Of a stretch of 47,099 bases of DNA, positions 9,156 to 19,053 are shown in pieces. This stretch comes from a virus (Duplodnaviria > Heunggongvirae > Uroviricota > Caudoviricetes): IMG/VR virus record IMGVR_UViG_2534681604_000006, positions 1 through 47,099 of that record; one strand, 5' to 3'. Below the pieces are notes generated by a model that saw nothing but the letters and a program-made list of their open reading frames with translations, ran no database searches and had not been told where the DNA came from. The translations under genes were made by a program, and so were the position numbers. Position 1 is the first letter of the stretch. Each line of letters starts with the position of its first letter.

Positions 9156-10376
9156 ATGAAATATTTTTTCAATACCCGGCTGGGGGAAACCCGCTATCAG
9201 CTGGCTGACGGCTCGTTGCTGTGCAAAGACGTGCCGATAGGACGAACAGGTAAGCAGCTCTATGGTGCTGATGACCTGCCAAAACTGAAACCCGATAAGT
9301 TCGGTGAAATAGTCGTCACGCGTTCTCCTGAGCAGGTATTCCATCCGGCCACGCTTGCCTCATTCGAAGGGATGAGCATCACGATTCTGCATCCTGAAGA
9401 TGAAAACGGGAATGTGCGGCTGGTAAATCCCGAGAACTGGAAAGAGCTTGCTGTCGGGCACCTCCAGAATGTCCGGCGCGGGACGGGTGAGCTGTCTGAT
9501 TTGATGCTGGCTGACCTTATCGTCAAAGACGAAAGCGCCATTCAGCTTATCGAAGATGGCCTGCGCGAAGTGTCGTGCGGCTATGACGCGGAGTATGAGC
9601 AGACCGAGCCAGGTAAAGCCGAGCAGGTCGATATTACCGGAAACCATGTGGCTCTTGTCCCTAAAGGCAGAGCCGGAAATCGTTGTGCAATTGGAGACAG
9701 AGACACAATGGCAAATCAAAAGAAAAGCTGGTGGACCCGCATGCGCACGGCCATCAAAACGGGTGACGCTGACACCATGAACGAACTGGTGGAGTCGGCT
9801 CCCGCATCGGTTACAGGAGATGAGGGGGATTTGCCGCAGGGCGTTAATCTCAACATCAACCTGTCCCCGCAGCAACCGCTACCGGACAAAGCACCAGAGA
9901 TGGGCGGAGGTCCAACCGGCGACAGTGATGATGACCTCAAAACATTACTGAAAGCCCTGCTGGCTAAGCTGGAAGGAAATGCGACGGGCGATAACGACAA
10001 TAAGCCTGACGATAATCCGACCGGTGACGGCGAGGACGATGAAGAGGAAACCACGATTACTGGTGACTCAGCCTGGCGTGCCGAAGTTATCGTTCCGGGT
10101 ATCGATCTGAGCCGTAAGATGAAACCGACCGCGTTCAAACGCGAGGTTCTGGCTTCTGCTGACAAAACGCTGGTTCGCCAGATAGTCGGCGATGCGGATA
10201 TCCGCAAATTACCGAAACAATCGGTCGACATGGCGTTTAATGCCGTGTCTGAGATTGCCAAAGGGCGAAACACCCGCGCCACCACCGGCGATGCACAGCG
10301 CCCAAACATGGGCATGACCAGTATCGCTTCCCTGAACAAACAAAACGCCGAATTCTGGGCAAACCGTAAAGGGTAA
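9156..10376 (+). CDS. Prohead protease/scaffold-like protein
   Basis: 406 aa; N-terminal domain with GNHVALVPKGRAG, long acidic low-complexity linker, C-terminal helical domain. Confidence 0.55.
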   Translation: MKYFFNTRLGETRYQLADGSLLCKDVPIGRTGKQLYGADDLPKLKPDKFGEIVVTRSPEQVFHPATLASFEGMSITILHPEDENGNVRLVNPENWKELAVGHLQNVRRGTGELSDLMLADLIVKDESAIQLIEDGLREVSCGYDAEYEQTEPGKAEQVDITGNHVALVPKGRAGNRCAIGDRDTMANQKKSWWTRMRTAIKTGDADTMNELVESAPASVTGDEGDLPQGVNLNINLSPQQPLPDKAPEMGGGPTGDSDDDLKTLLKALLAKLEGNATGDNDNKPDDNPTGDGEDDEEETTITGDSAWRAEVIVPGIDLSRKMKPTAFKREVLASADKTLVRQIVGDADIRKLPKQSVDMAFNAVSEIAKGRNTRATTGDAQRPNMGMTSIASLNKQNAEFWANRKG

Positions 10377-10379
10377 AAA

Positions 10380-10886
10380 ATGAATAATGTATTTCTGTAC
10401 CGGATGCCTGTTGGCATTGCCGGGGCTGTCTCTCGCCCGCAGGACTTAACCGTCGAACCGGTGGTCCTTAAATCCGATAACGCCTTCGCTGCCTATGGGC
10501 TGGCTGGTAAATACGATGATGACGGTTTTTTCGTGCCGCTGGCAGATGGTGATACCGCAGACAAGGTGAAGGGGATCTACGTGCGCCCTTATCCGACCAC
10601 TTCGCAGCCGGACATGGTTCGCCAGGTGGGGAGTGGCAAGAACTTCCCGGGCGACGCCATGAAGCGTGGCTACGTGACCGTTAATCTCGGTTCTGATTTT
10701 GATGCCAGCACCATCAAAAAAGGCGACCCGGTATACGTTGTCGTCTCCACTGATGAATCCATCAAAGTGCCGCTGGGTGGATTCATGGCCACGTCAGTCA
10801 GTGGCAAAAACGTGGTGCTGACCAACGCTGAATTCACAGGTGCCGGTGATGCTAACGGCAATGCAGAAATTTCCTGGAAGATTTAA
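10380..10886 (+). CDS. Head structural/decoration-like protein
   Basis: 168 aa directly upstream of the major capsid gene. Confidence 0.5.
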   Translation: MNNVFLYRMPVGIAGAVSRPQDLTVEPVVLKSDNAFAAYGLAGKYDDDGFFVPLADGDTADKVKGIYVRPYPTTSQPDMVRQVGSGKNFPGDAMKRGYVTVNLGSDFDASTIKKGDPVYVVVSTDESIKVPLGGFMATSVSGKNVVLTNAEFTGAGDANGNAEISWKI

Positions 10887-10897
10887 GGAACAGACGA

Positions 10898-11839
10898 ATG
10901 ATTACTTTTGATCAGGCAACCGTTGACAGCTCTGGTGCCTTTCTCATCGGGGAGCTGGAACGACTCGACCAGACACTGAACCTGCCACTGGTGGGGTACA
11001 CCTGGACCCGCGATATCCAACTGCGTGAAGATGTCTCCATCGCAGATGACATTTCCAGCTGGACGAATACCAGCTTCGCCGCTGCGGGTACTGGTGCAAA
11101 TCCGAATGGCAAAAACTGGGTAGGCAAAGACTCAACCGCTATTGCTGGCGTGAACGTGGATATCGGCAAATCCGGTAACCCGCTGAACCTGTGGGGGATG
11201 GAACTTGGCTGGACGGTCATAGAATTGCAGGCTGCTCAGCAGGTCGGCCGCCCGATTGATACGCAGAAGTATGACGGTATGCAACTGAAATGGCAGATGG
11301 ATAACGATGAACAGGTATATGTTGGCGATTCCGCATTAAACCTGAAAGGCCTTGTTACCCTGGACGGCGTGCCTGTCAACAACGCTGCCAAAACGTGGGC
11401 AACCTCAACACCGGACGAAATCCGCGCAAGCATTAACCAGGCGCTGTCTGATGCGTGGGCCGCTTCCGGTTACTCTGTGGTTCCGCGTGATTTGCTGATC
11501 CCGCCTGAGCAGTTTGCTCTGTTGTCCAGCATCATCGTTTCATCTGCGGGTAACCAGTCCCTGTTGACGTATCTTCAGACCAACACCATCAGCTATCACC
11601 AGAACGGTGTTCCGCTGAATATCCGCGCGGTTAAATGGCTGAAAGGCCGTGGTGTGGGGAAAAAGGATCGCATGGTTGCGTACACCAACGATAAAAAATA
11701 CGTCCGCTACCCGCTGGTTCCGCTTCAGAGCGTGCCGGTGCAGTATCGCGGTCTGTATCAGATCGTCACTTACTACGGCAAGCTGGGTGCAGTCGAGCCA
11801 GTGTACAAAGAAACCATTTCGTACGTTGATGGCATTTAA
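10898..11839 (+). CDS. Major capsid protein
   Basis: 313 aa in the capsid position after scaffold/decoration genes; followed by a strong GC hairpin. Confidence 0.75.
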   Translation: MITFDQATVDSSGAFLIGELERLDQTLNLPLVGYTWTRDIQLREDVSIADDISSWTNTSFAAAGTGANPNGKNWVGKDSTAIAGVNVDIGKSGNPLNLWGMELGWTVIELQAAQQVGRPIDTQKYDGMQLKWQMDNDEQVYVGDSALNLKGLVTLDGVPVNNAAKTWATSTPDEIRASINQALSDAWAASGYSVVPRDLLIPPEQFALLSSIIVSSAGNQSLLTYLQTNTISYHQNGVPLNIRAVKWLKGRGVGKKDRMVAYTNDKKYVRYPLVPLQSVPVQYRGLYQIVTYYGKLGAVEPVYKETISYVDGI

Positions 11840-11846
11840 CAGCCAC

Positions 11847-11867
11847 ATGGCCCCCTGGTGGGGCCAT
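11847..11867 (+). other. Perfect 8-bp GC-rich stem-loop downstream of the major capsid gene
   Basis: ATGGCCCC ctggt GGGGCCAT; no U-run. Confidence 0.45.
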
Positions 11868-11880
11868 TAAGGATGACCCG

Positions 11881-12102
11881 ATGGCAAAAAATGATGCAGT
11901 AATACACGTACATACCCCGTTTGTGCTCACGCTTCCCGACGGTTCTCGGCGCGAGTTTGTTAAAGGCCGTCATGCTGTGGAGGAAGACGTTGCCACGCAC
12001 TGGTTCACTCGTGCGCACGCGGAAGTATCCGTTGGCAAAGCCACAGACGCGCGTAACGAGGTAAAAAATGCCAAAGAATCAAAGTCTGCCAGCGGTAAGT
12101 GA
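11881..12102 (+). CDS. Hypothetical small head-associated protein
   Basis: 73 aa; ATG preceded by AAGGATGA. Confidence 0.5.
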   Translation: MAKNDAVIHVHTPFVLTLPDGSRREFVKGRHAVEEDVATHWFTRAHAEVSVGKATDARNEVKNAKESKSASGK

Positions 12103-12475
12103 TTTTCGCCGCGACTTCCCGCAGTTTGCTGACCCTGCCAAATATCCCGAAGCGCAAATCCAGTTTCGTCTGAATCTGGCCGATGAACTGCTGAGCGAAA
12201 ACGTCACCGGCAAAAAGTTGTTTCCGTACTTTGCCGGGTTGTTCGTTGCGCACTACATGACGCTCTGGGCGGCAGACAGCCGGGCGATGCTGGCTGGTGG
12301 TCCGGGCGGTTCAACCAATGGTGTTCAGTCCTCAAAGTCCGTGGATAAGGTAAGCGTCAGTTATGACACCAGCGCGACGCTGAATCCTGATGCAGGTTTC
12401 TGGAATAACACCCGATATGGCGCTGAATTTTATCAGTTGATCACGATGTTCGGTGCAGGTGGTCGCCAGCTATGA
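12068..12475 (+). CDS. Head-tail connector-like protein
   Basis: 135 aa; RBS GAGG; position between capsid and tail modules. Confidence 0.5.
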   Translation: MPKNQSLPAVSDFRRDFPQFADPAKYPEAQIQFRLNLADELLSENVTGKKLFPYFAGLFVAHYMTLWAADSRAMLAGGPGGSTNGVQSSKSVDKVSVSYDTSATLNPDAGFWNNTRYGAEFYQLITMFGAGGRQL

Positions 12476-13026
12476 GTTTCAAAAGCGGTGTAACAACGAG
12501 GGTGGATAACGCTAAGGCCATTCTGGATGCGCTCAGGTCGTTAACCAAAAAAGATGTGCTGGTCGGCATCCCTTCGGAAGACAGCGGGCGGGATGATGTT
12601 CCGTTTGGTAATGCGGGCATCGGTTACCTCAACGAATACGGCTCACCAGAGCAGAACATCCCGCCACGACCTCACCTGGTTCCCGGCGTTAAATCGGCAG
12701 AAGAGCAGACGGTGCCGCAGCTCAAAGTCGCGGCGCAGGCTGCACTTGATGGTAATGCTGCGGGAGCAGAAAGCGCACTCAACCGTGCCGGAACGCTGGC
12801 CGCTAATGGCGTCAGGCGTTACATGACCATTACCGGCTTTACGCCGCTTGCTGACAGTACTGTTGAAGCCAGGGCTCGTCGGGGGCGCAAGGGGGCAACA
12901 CTGGAACTTGCCCGGCGTGCTGCTGGCGAATCTCCGGGAACCGAACTGGCGAAACCATTAATTGATACCGGGCAATATCGCAGAGCTATTACCCATGTTG
13001 TGAGGGATAAAGATGCCGACTCTTGA
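12472..13026 (+). CDS. Hypothetical phage structural protein
   Basis: 184 aa; start overlaps the upstream stop (ATGA). Confidence 0.55.
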   Translation: MSFKSGVTTRVDNAKAILDALRSLTKKDVLVGIPSEDSGRDDVPFGNAGIGYLNEYGSPEQNIPPRPHLVPGVKSAEEQTVPQLKVAAQAALDGNAAGAESALNRAGTLAANGVRRYMTITGFTPLADSTVEARARRGRKGATLELARRAAGESPGTELAKPLIDTGQYRRAITHVVRDKDADS

Positions 13027-13402
13027 TGTAACAGATGTGCTTTTTGACCCCGATTTTTGCGACTTCAATTTGTGGGTAACACGCCGTGTGCAAACGGTGG
13101 ATGAGGACGGGATCGGCAGCGACAGCGAAGTTAAAAAGCAGTTTGCCGGAGTCGTTACTGTTGATCGCTCTCTGGAAAACCGTCGTATGCAGGCCGGGCA
13201 GGTAATCAGTGGTGCAATTCTGATTGTGACGACTGAGCGACTGACGCAGGGCCAGACTGGCCGTGATGCCGATATCGTGACGTATCAGGGCCGTGATTAC
13301 CGTGTGACCTTCGTCGACCCGTATACAGCTTATGGTGCCGGATTCGTTCAGGCGCATTGTGAGTTGCTGCCGTTTGATGGGGGAATTCCGGTTGAGCAAT
13401 AA
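13013..13402 (+). CDS. Hypothetical phage head-tail joining protein
   Basis: 129 aa, overlapping neighbours in the late operon. Confidence 0.55.
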   Translation: MPTLDVTDVLFDPDFCDFNLWVTRRVQTVDEDGIGSDSEVKKQFAGVVTVDRSLENRRMQAGQVISGAILIVTTERLTQGQTGRDADIVTYQGRDYRVTFVDPYTAYGAGFVQAHCELLPFDGGIPVEQ

Positions 13403-13940
13403 CACCAGCACAGAGTGCGGATGGCTGATACCAACCAGTGGCGATCCGGATTATGACGAAGCGCTCGACAGGCTGTTAAGCCAGTGGATGCGTAACGTTT
13501 CCGGTCTGTCTGCCGGGATGGTTCGTCCGCGCTGGCAGAAAGAGCAGCCGCCACTGCTACCGGCTGAAACGAACTGGTGTGCGTTTGGGGTTATCGGATG
13601 GTCAGGTGATGACAGCCCGGCATTCACCAGACAGACCGATGATGGCTCTCAGCTCTGGCGGCATGAAATGATTGAGTGTATGGCTTCGTTTTATGGACCG
13701 GCGGGGATGGTGTATGCGTCCCGGTTTCGTGACGGTATATCTGTACCGCAGAACAATGCAGCACTGAATGCGCTGGGGCTGTCTCTTGGCGATTACACAG
13801 GTCTGACTCCCTTCCCTGAACTTATTAATCAGCAATGGGTCCGCCGCTACGATATTACGGTGCGTCTGCGCCGGAAGGTTGTGCGCGAGTACGGTATTAA
13901 ATCGCTGGTGGAAGCACCAGTCATCTTTTTCGGAGATTAA
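13377..13940 (+). CDS. Hypothetical phage structural protein (tail completion-like)
   Basis: ORF 13332-13940; internal ATG at 13377 gives a shorter overlap with the upstream gene; start uncertain. Confidence 0.5.
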   Translation: MGEFRLSNNTSTECGWLIPTSGDPDYDEALDRLLSQWMRNVSGLSAGMVRPRWQKEQPPLLPAETNWCAFGVIGWSGDDSPAFTRQTDDGSQLWRHEMIECMASFYGPAGMVYASRFRDGISVPQNNAALNALGLSLGDYTGLTPFPELINQQWVRRYDITVRLRRKVVREYGIKSLVEAPVIFFGD

Positions 13941-13943
13941 GCT

Positions 13944-15089
13944 ATGGCACAGGGCTTGCCTGTATCAAACGTTGTTAATGTTGATGTGATCATGTCGCCG
14001 CGTGCAGCATCAGGGCGAAATTTTGGTGCATTACTCATTCTCGGCCCGTCCACAATCATTCCGGTAAGTGAGCGCATTCGCCGTTATTCTGCCGCGGAAG
14101 ATATTGGAAAAGATTTTGGCGTGGAATCACCAGAATATAAGGCTGCGCAGGTGTTTTTCTCACAATCACCGAAACCTCAGGAGGTTTTTGTTGGTCGTTG
14201 GGTGAAAACGAAGGGAGACAGCGAACAGGCCACGACTGAGACGCTGGAGCAGGCTGTGAATGCCATGCTCGATTATACTTCATGGTATGGGCTGGGGATT
14301 GCATACGATGAAGATATTCCGGATGCAGACTGGCTGAAAGTGGCTGCGGCGATCGAATCCTCTTCTGTAAGCCGTATTCTGGCGATTACGACAAGCGATG
14401 AGAAATGCCTACAGACTGCATCCAGCGATGATTTGGCATCAAAACTGAAAACCGCCGGATATTCACGCAGTTTTATTCAGTATTCATCGGGTAATAAATA
14501 CGCAGCGTTATCTGCATTTGGCCGGGCATTCACGGTTAATTTCAATGGCAGTAATACCGCGATTACGCTCAAGTTTAAGCAGGAGCCGGGTGTCGGGTAT
14601 GAAACACTGACAGTCAGCCAGGCATCGGCACTTGATGCAAAAAACTGCAATGTATTCGTGTACTACCAAAATGATACGGCTATCCTCCAGCAGGGAGTGA
14701 TGGCTAACGGCGATTTCTTTGATGAACGCCACGGCCTGGACTGGTTACAGAATTATGTGCAGACCAACCTCTATAACCTGCTTTATACCAGCACCACGAA
14801 AGTACCCCAGACTGAAGCCGGTATTACCCGACTGTTATCAAGTGTTGAAAAATCACTGGATCAGGCCGTTCAGAATGGACTGATTGCTCCGGGCGTATGG
14901 AACGGGGGCGACCTTGGTCAGTTGTCATCAGGTGACACACTGCCCAAAGGTTATTACGTATACGCCCAGCCGCTGGATGAACAGGCACAATCAGAACGTG
15001 AAGCCCGTAAGGCTCCGGTGATTCAGGCTGCAATAAAACTTGCAGGTGCGGTTCATTACGCTGACGTACAGATTAACGTTGTTCGCTAA
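13944..15089 (+). CDS. Tail sheath protein
   Basis: 381 aa immediately upstream of tube, chaperone and tape-measure genes. Confidence 0.7.
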   Translation: MAQGLPVSNVVNVDVIMSPRAASGRNFGALLILGPSTIIPVSERIRRYSAAEDIGKDFGVESPEYKAAQVFFSQSPKPQEVFVGRWVKTKGDSEQATTETLEQAVNAMLDYTSWYGLGIAYDEDIPDADWLKVAAAIESSSVSRILAITTSDEKCLQTASSDDLASKLKTAGYSRSFIQYSSGNKYAALSAFGRAFTVNFNGSNTAITLKFKQEPGVGYETLTVSQASALDAKNCNVFVYYQNDTAILQQGVMANGDFFDERHGLDWLQNYVQTNLYNLLYTSTTKVPQTEAGITRLLSSVEKSLDQAVQNGLIAPGVWNGGDLGQLSSGDTLPKGYYVYAQPLDEQAQSEREARKAPVIQAAIKLAGAVHYADVQINVVR

Positions 15090-15099
15090 GGGGAAGTGA

Positions 15100-15540
15100 A
15101 TGTCTACCTATTCTTTTATGGATGTCACTGCGACGCTGACCGGACCGACCGGTTCGATTGACCTCGGGTACGGTTCTGCAAGTTCTGAAGAGGGGATTGT
15201 GGTTGCGATGGGCGGTCCTAAAAACACCATGACCATCGGTGCTGATGGCGAAGTGATGCAAAGTCTCCATGCAGATAAAAGCGGGACGATTACCGTTAAC
15301 CTTCTGAAGACATCACCGACAAATAAAAAATTGTCGCTGGCGTATAACGCACAGAGCCAGTCTTCTGCCACATGGGGGAATAACGTTATTGTGATCCGAA
15401 ACAAGGTCAGCGGCGACATCATCACGGCACGTAGTGTTGCGTTCCAGAAACAACCGGATAATGCCAACGCTAAAACCGGTAATACGATGCCGTGGGTGTT
15501 TGACTGCGGCAAGATTGACCAGGTTCTCGGGGAGTTTTAA
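15100..15540 (+). CDS. Tail tube protein
   Basis: 146 aa between sheath and chaperone. Confidence 0.65.
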   Translation: MSTYSFMDVTATLTGPTGSIDLGYGSASSEEGIVVAMGGPKNTMTIGADGEVMQSLHADKSGTITVNLLKTSPTNKKLSLAYNAQSQSSATWGNNVIVIRNKVSGDIITARSVAFQKQPDNANAKTGNTMPWVFDCGKIDQVLGEF

Positions 15541-15543
15541 TAC

Positions 15544-15996
15544 ATGGAATTCGAAATCAAAGGCATGAAATATCGCGTGGCAAAACTCAGCGTTTTTGAC
15601 CAGCTGAAAGTGACCCGCAAACTTCTGCCGGTACTGGCGGGAATGATGTCAGATTTCGGGAGCATTTGCTCATGTTTGCCTGCTGACGGCAAAATCGACA
15701 CCGTGAAATTCGAACAGTTAAAATCGGTGTTTGAAACCATGCTCCCGCGTATCGCTGAGGAACTGTCTTCCCTGACCGAAGATGACACCGATGCGATTAT
15801 TCATCCCTGTCTTGCGGTGGTATCGCGGCGTCATATGGACGGATGGGTGCCGGTATTTACCCAGGGTGAACTGATGTTTGATGATATTGACCTGCTGGTC
15901 ATGCTTCATCTGGTGGCGCGGGTGGTCGCCGATTCGCTGGGAAATTTTTTGCCTACACCCCTTACCAGCACGACGCAGAGCCTGCAACAGGGCTGA
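15544..15996 (+). CDS. Tail assembly chaperone (G-like, short product)
   Basis: 150 aa immediately upstream of the tape measure; contains slippery heptamer T TTT TTG at 15945-15951. Confidence 0.6.
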   Translation: MEFEIKGMKYRVAKLSVFDQLKVTRKLLPVLAGMMSDFGSICSCLPADGKIDTVKFEQLKSVFETMLPRIAEELSSLTEDDTDAIIHPCLAVVSRRHMDGWVPVFTQGELMFDDIDLLVMLHLVARVVADSLGNFLPTPLTSTTQSLQQG

Positions 15997-16184
15997 CGTT
16001 TAACAGCCTGCCGGACGGGCTGTCCTACCTTCTCAATCCGGTTGACGCCGGGTTAATTCCTTATACAGCACTTAAAGATGGCTCTGTCGATTTGTACGAC
16101 ATTGCTCTCTTGAATGACCATCTGGCGGTAAAAGCGGATAACCAGCGGCGCATTGAGAAATGGAGAGAGGATAATGAACGCTGA
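15951..16184 (+). CDS. -1 frameshift extension of the tail assembly chaperone (GT-like fusion: 15544-15951 joined to 15951-16184)
   Basis: -1 frame is open for 77 codons from the slippery site to a TGA at 16182-16184, overlapping the tape-measure start. Confidence 0.45.
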   Translation, partial: AYTPYQHDAEPATGLTFNSLPDGLSYLLNPVDAGLIPYTALKDGSVDLYDIALLNDHLAVKADNQRRIEKWREDNER

Positions 16185-18162
16185 AACTATTAAAGATTTC
16201 CTCGTCTCGCTTGGCTTCAGTGTGGATGATGCAGGAGCGAAAAAGTTCGGTTCTGTCCTCGCCGGTACAACTGCAAATGTCATCAAAATGGGGCTGGCTG
16301 TTGAAGGAGCTGCGCTGTCCGTGGTGGCCTTCACGGCTAAGATCGCCTCCGGCCTGGATAATCTTTACTGGGCGTCACAGCGCACCGGCGCGACAGTCCA
16401 GGGAATTCAGTCTATTGGCTATGCGGTTTCGCAGGTTGGCGGCAGCGTGGACGCTGCGCGATCTTCTCTGGAAAGCCTCTCCCGGTTTATTCGTAACAAT
16501 CCCGGTGCAGAAGGCTTTCTGAATCGCCTGGGCGTACAGACCCGTGATGCCAGCGGTAACATGCGTGACATGGCCGCTATTTTTACGGGCGTTGGACAGA
16601 AACTCAGCAGCATGCCGTATTACCGGGCTAACCAGTATGCGCAGATGCTGGGCATTGACGAAAATACCCTTATGGCGATGCGCCGGGGTGTGGGTGGCTT
16701 CTCCGGGCAGTACAGCGCAATGGCGAAAGCTATCGGCTTCAATGCTGACGAGGCGGCCAGAAGCTCCAACAAATTTATGACCTCCCTGCGTGAGTTTGGC
16801 GCGATGGCAGGCATGGCCCGTGACAAAATCGGCTCTAATCTTGCGGGGGGGCTTGCGGGTTCGCTGGACACCCTGCGCCGCCATATCCTGGACAACTTCC
16901 CTCGTATCGAGCAGACCCTGACGAAAGCCATAAAAGGCATTCTGGCGCTCGGGGATATTATCGGGCGGCTGTTCTTCAGACTGATTGAGGGGACATCAGG
17001 CCTTATCACCTGGTGGCAATCGCTGGATAAGCAAACGCGGGAGTTGATCTCGCTGTTTGGCGCACTGACGATTGCGCTGCGCATTCTGAACAGTACGTTC
17101 TGGATGTCGCCGATTGGCCTCATTACCGCGCTGGCGGCGGGTATTGCCCTCCTGTGGGAGGACTATCAGACCTGGAAGGAAGGCGGCGACAGCCTGATTG
17201 ACTGGGGCAAGTGGAAACCGGAGGTCGATGCCGCGCTGAAGATGGTTCGTGACCTTAAAACGACCGTTAACGACCTGGTGAAAGCGCTGGCGAAACTACT
17301 CAATATTGACCCCAAATCATGGTCCCTGAAGTGGGATTTCAGCAACTTCATCGACCAGATGGGCGAATTCAGCAAAATGCTGAACATGATCGCTGACCTG
17401 CTCAACGCTATCAAAGATGGCCGCTGGGCTGATGCCGTCAGCATCGGCAAACAGATACTTAATCAGGGCAGCGAAAATCCGTCAGCGATGCCGATGGTTA
17501 CAGACAGCGCTAACAGTACTGCCGACTGGATTAAAGAGCACTGGGGATTCGATCCCCGCAGTGTGGGTCGGACGGTACGCGGCTGGTTTGGTGATGATGA
17601 GCCGGAACAACATGCACAGGCTACGAAACGAGGAGAACGGAATAACAATCCGGGAAACCTTAATTTTGCTGGTCAGGCAGGGGCTTCTCTTGAACGCCCG
17701 GGCGGGCGATTTGCCAGATTTGAAACTGCCTTTGATGGATTACGGGCTCTTGCTCGTCAGTTAATGCTGTACGCCGGACGGGGAATAAACAGTGTGGAGA
17801 AAATTATCTCTACCTGGGCACCTGCGTCTGATAATAACAACACAACTGCGTATATCAGGGCTGTATCGCAACGACTGGGAGTGGATCCCCGGGCTGCCCT
17901 GAATATGAGCGATCCGCAAACCATGTCAGCATTGATGAGCAGCATTATCCAGCATGAGAATGGAAGAAATATCTATTCTCGGGAGCTGATTAATAAGGCT
18001 GCCGTGGCGGGAATTAGTGGCAAAGTGACAGAGGTTAACCAGCAAAATACCTACCACATTTACGGTGGCGGAGATCCGCACGCTGTCGGTAATGAGGTTG
18101 CACGTCGGCAACAGTCTGCAAATGCTCAGGTCATGCGAAGTAATCAGGTGAGGGTGGGTTAG
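16174..18162 (+). CDS. Tail tape measure protein
   Basis: 662 aa from ATG at 16174 (RBS GGAGAGAGG); long helical protein with hydrophobic central segments. Confidence 0.75.
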   Translation: MNAETIKDFLVSLGFSVDDAGAKKFGSVLAGTTANVIKMGLAVEGAALSVVAFTAKIASGLDNLYWASQRTGATVQGIQSIGYAVSQVGGSVDAARSSLESLSRFIRNNPGAEGFLNRLGVQTRDASGNMRDMAAIFTGVGQKLSSMPYYRANQYAQMLGIDENTLMAMRRGVGGFSGQYSAMAKAIGFNADEAARSSNKFMTSLREFGAMAGMARDKIGSNLAGGLAGSLDTLRRHILDNFPRIEQTLTKAIKGILALGDIIGRLFFRLIEGTSGLITWWQSLDKQTRELISLFGALTIALRILNSTFWMSPIGLITALAAGIALLWEDYQTWKEGGDSLIDWGKWKPEVDAALKMVRDLKTTVNDLVKALAKLLNIDPKSWSLKWDFSNFIDQMGEFSKMLNMIADLLNAIKDGRWADAVSIGKQILNQGSENPSAMPMVTDSANSTADWIKEHWGFDPRSVGRTVRGWFGDDEPEQHAQATKRGERNNNPGNLNFAGQAGASLERPGGRFARFETAFDGLRALARQLMLYAGRGINSVEKIISTWAPASDNNNTTAYIRAVSQRLGVDPRAALNMSDPQTMSALMSSIIQHENGRNIYSRELINKAAVAGISGKVTEVNQQNTYHIYGGGDPHAVGNEVARRQQSANAQVMRSNQVRVG

Positions 18163-18749
18163 TGGATATTCTCTCTACACTTTTTCATCAGCAGAGCAGA
18201 AAAATAGGAATGATTGTTCCCAGTGTTGTTATTTCAGAGAAGCATACAGATATGCTTGAAATAACCGAGCATCCGGTAGAGGTCGGGGCCGCTGTCGCTG
18301 ATCATGCCTATAAAAAACCGTCAGAAGTGGTGATGGAGGTTGGTTTCGCCGGTGGCGGCGCATTGCTGGATTTTGCCAGTAACCTGACGGCTACCAGCCT
18401 GCTCGGCCTGAGTCCTCAGCAGACGTATCAGGAGCTACTGGATCTGCAGGAAAGCCGTATCCCCTTCGATGTGGTAACCGGTAAACGGCTGTACAGCAAC
18501 ATGTTGATCCGGGCGCTGGAAGTGACGACGGACAAGACAACCGAAAACGTCCTGTCCGCCGTCCTCACCCTGAGGGAGGTCATTATCTCCCGGACACAGC
18601 AGATTACCGTCGCGGATAAAACCAACATGAAGGAAGGGGCCAGCACGTCGGCGGTACAGAACAGCGGCAACAAAACCACAAAACCTCCAGATACTTCACT
18701 GCTGAAAAGCATCACGGGTAACGTGGCGTCATTACTGGGGGGCGGCTAA
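18162..18749 (+). CDS. Tail/baseplate protein
   Basis: 195 aa, start overlaps the tape-measure stop. Confidence 0.5.
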   Translation: MDILSTLFHQQSRKIGMIVPSVVISEKHTDMLEITEHPVEVGAAVADHAYKKPSEVVMEVGFAGGGALLDFASNLTATSLLGLSPQQTYQELLDLQESRIPFDVVTGKRLYSNMLIRALEVTTDKTTENVLSAVLTLREVIISRTQQITVADKTNMKEGASTSAVQNSGNKTTKPPDTSLLKSITGNVASLLGGG

Positions 18750-19051
18750 TGACAATTCAGGAAATTCCGCTGACAGCGGACAACCAGCAGTTCAGCATCG
18801 TCCTGGGTGGTGTCACCTGGCGGATTAGCATCATATGGCGCGATCTGTACTGGATTATGGACCTGCAGAACGACAGAGGGGAGCCGGTAATCTCCGGTAT
18901 TCCTCTCGTCACTGGTGCTGACCTGCTGGCGCAGTACGCCTGTATGGGGCTTGGTTTTAAGCTGGTGGTGGTCTGTGATGACAACACACAGGATTACCCC
19001 ACAAAAACTGACCTGGGCGGTCGCAGCCATTTACTGGTATCAACGGAGTAA
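18749..19051 (+). CDS. Hypothetical baseplate-associated protein
   Basis: 100 aa, coupled in the tail operon. Confidence 0.5.
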   Translation: MTIQEIPLTADNQQFSIVLGGVTWRISIIWRDLYWIMDLQNDRGEPVISGIPLVTGADLLAQYACMGLGFKLVVVCDDNTQDYPTKTDLGGRSHLLVSTE

Positions 19052-19053
19052 GC

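Noticed and set aside
16211-18111. Multiple ORFs antisense to or out of frame within the tape-measure gene
   Set aside because: Nested in the tape-measure coding frame, no RBS, low-complexity products.
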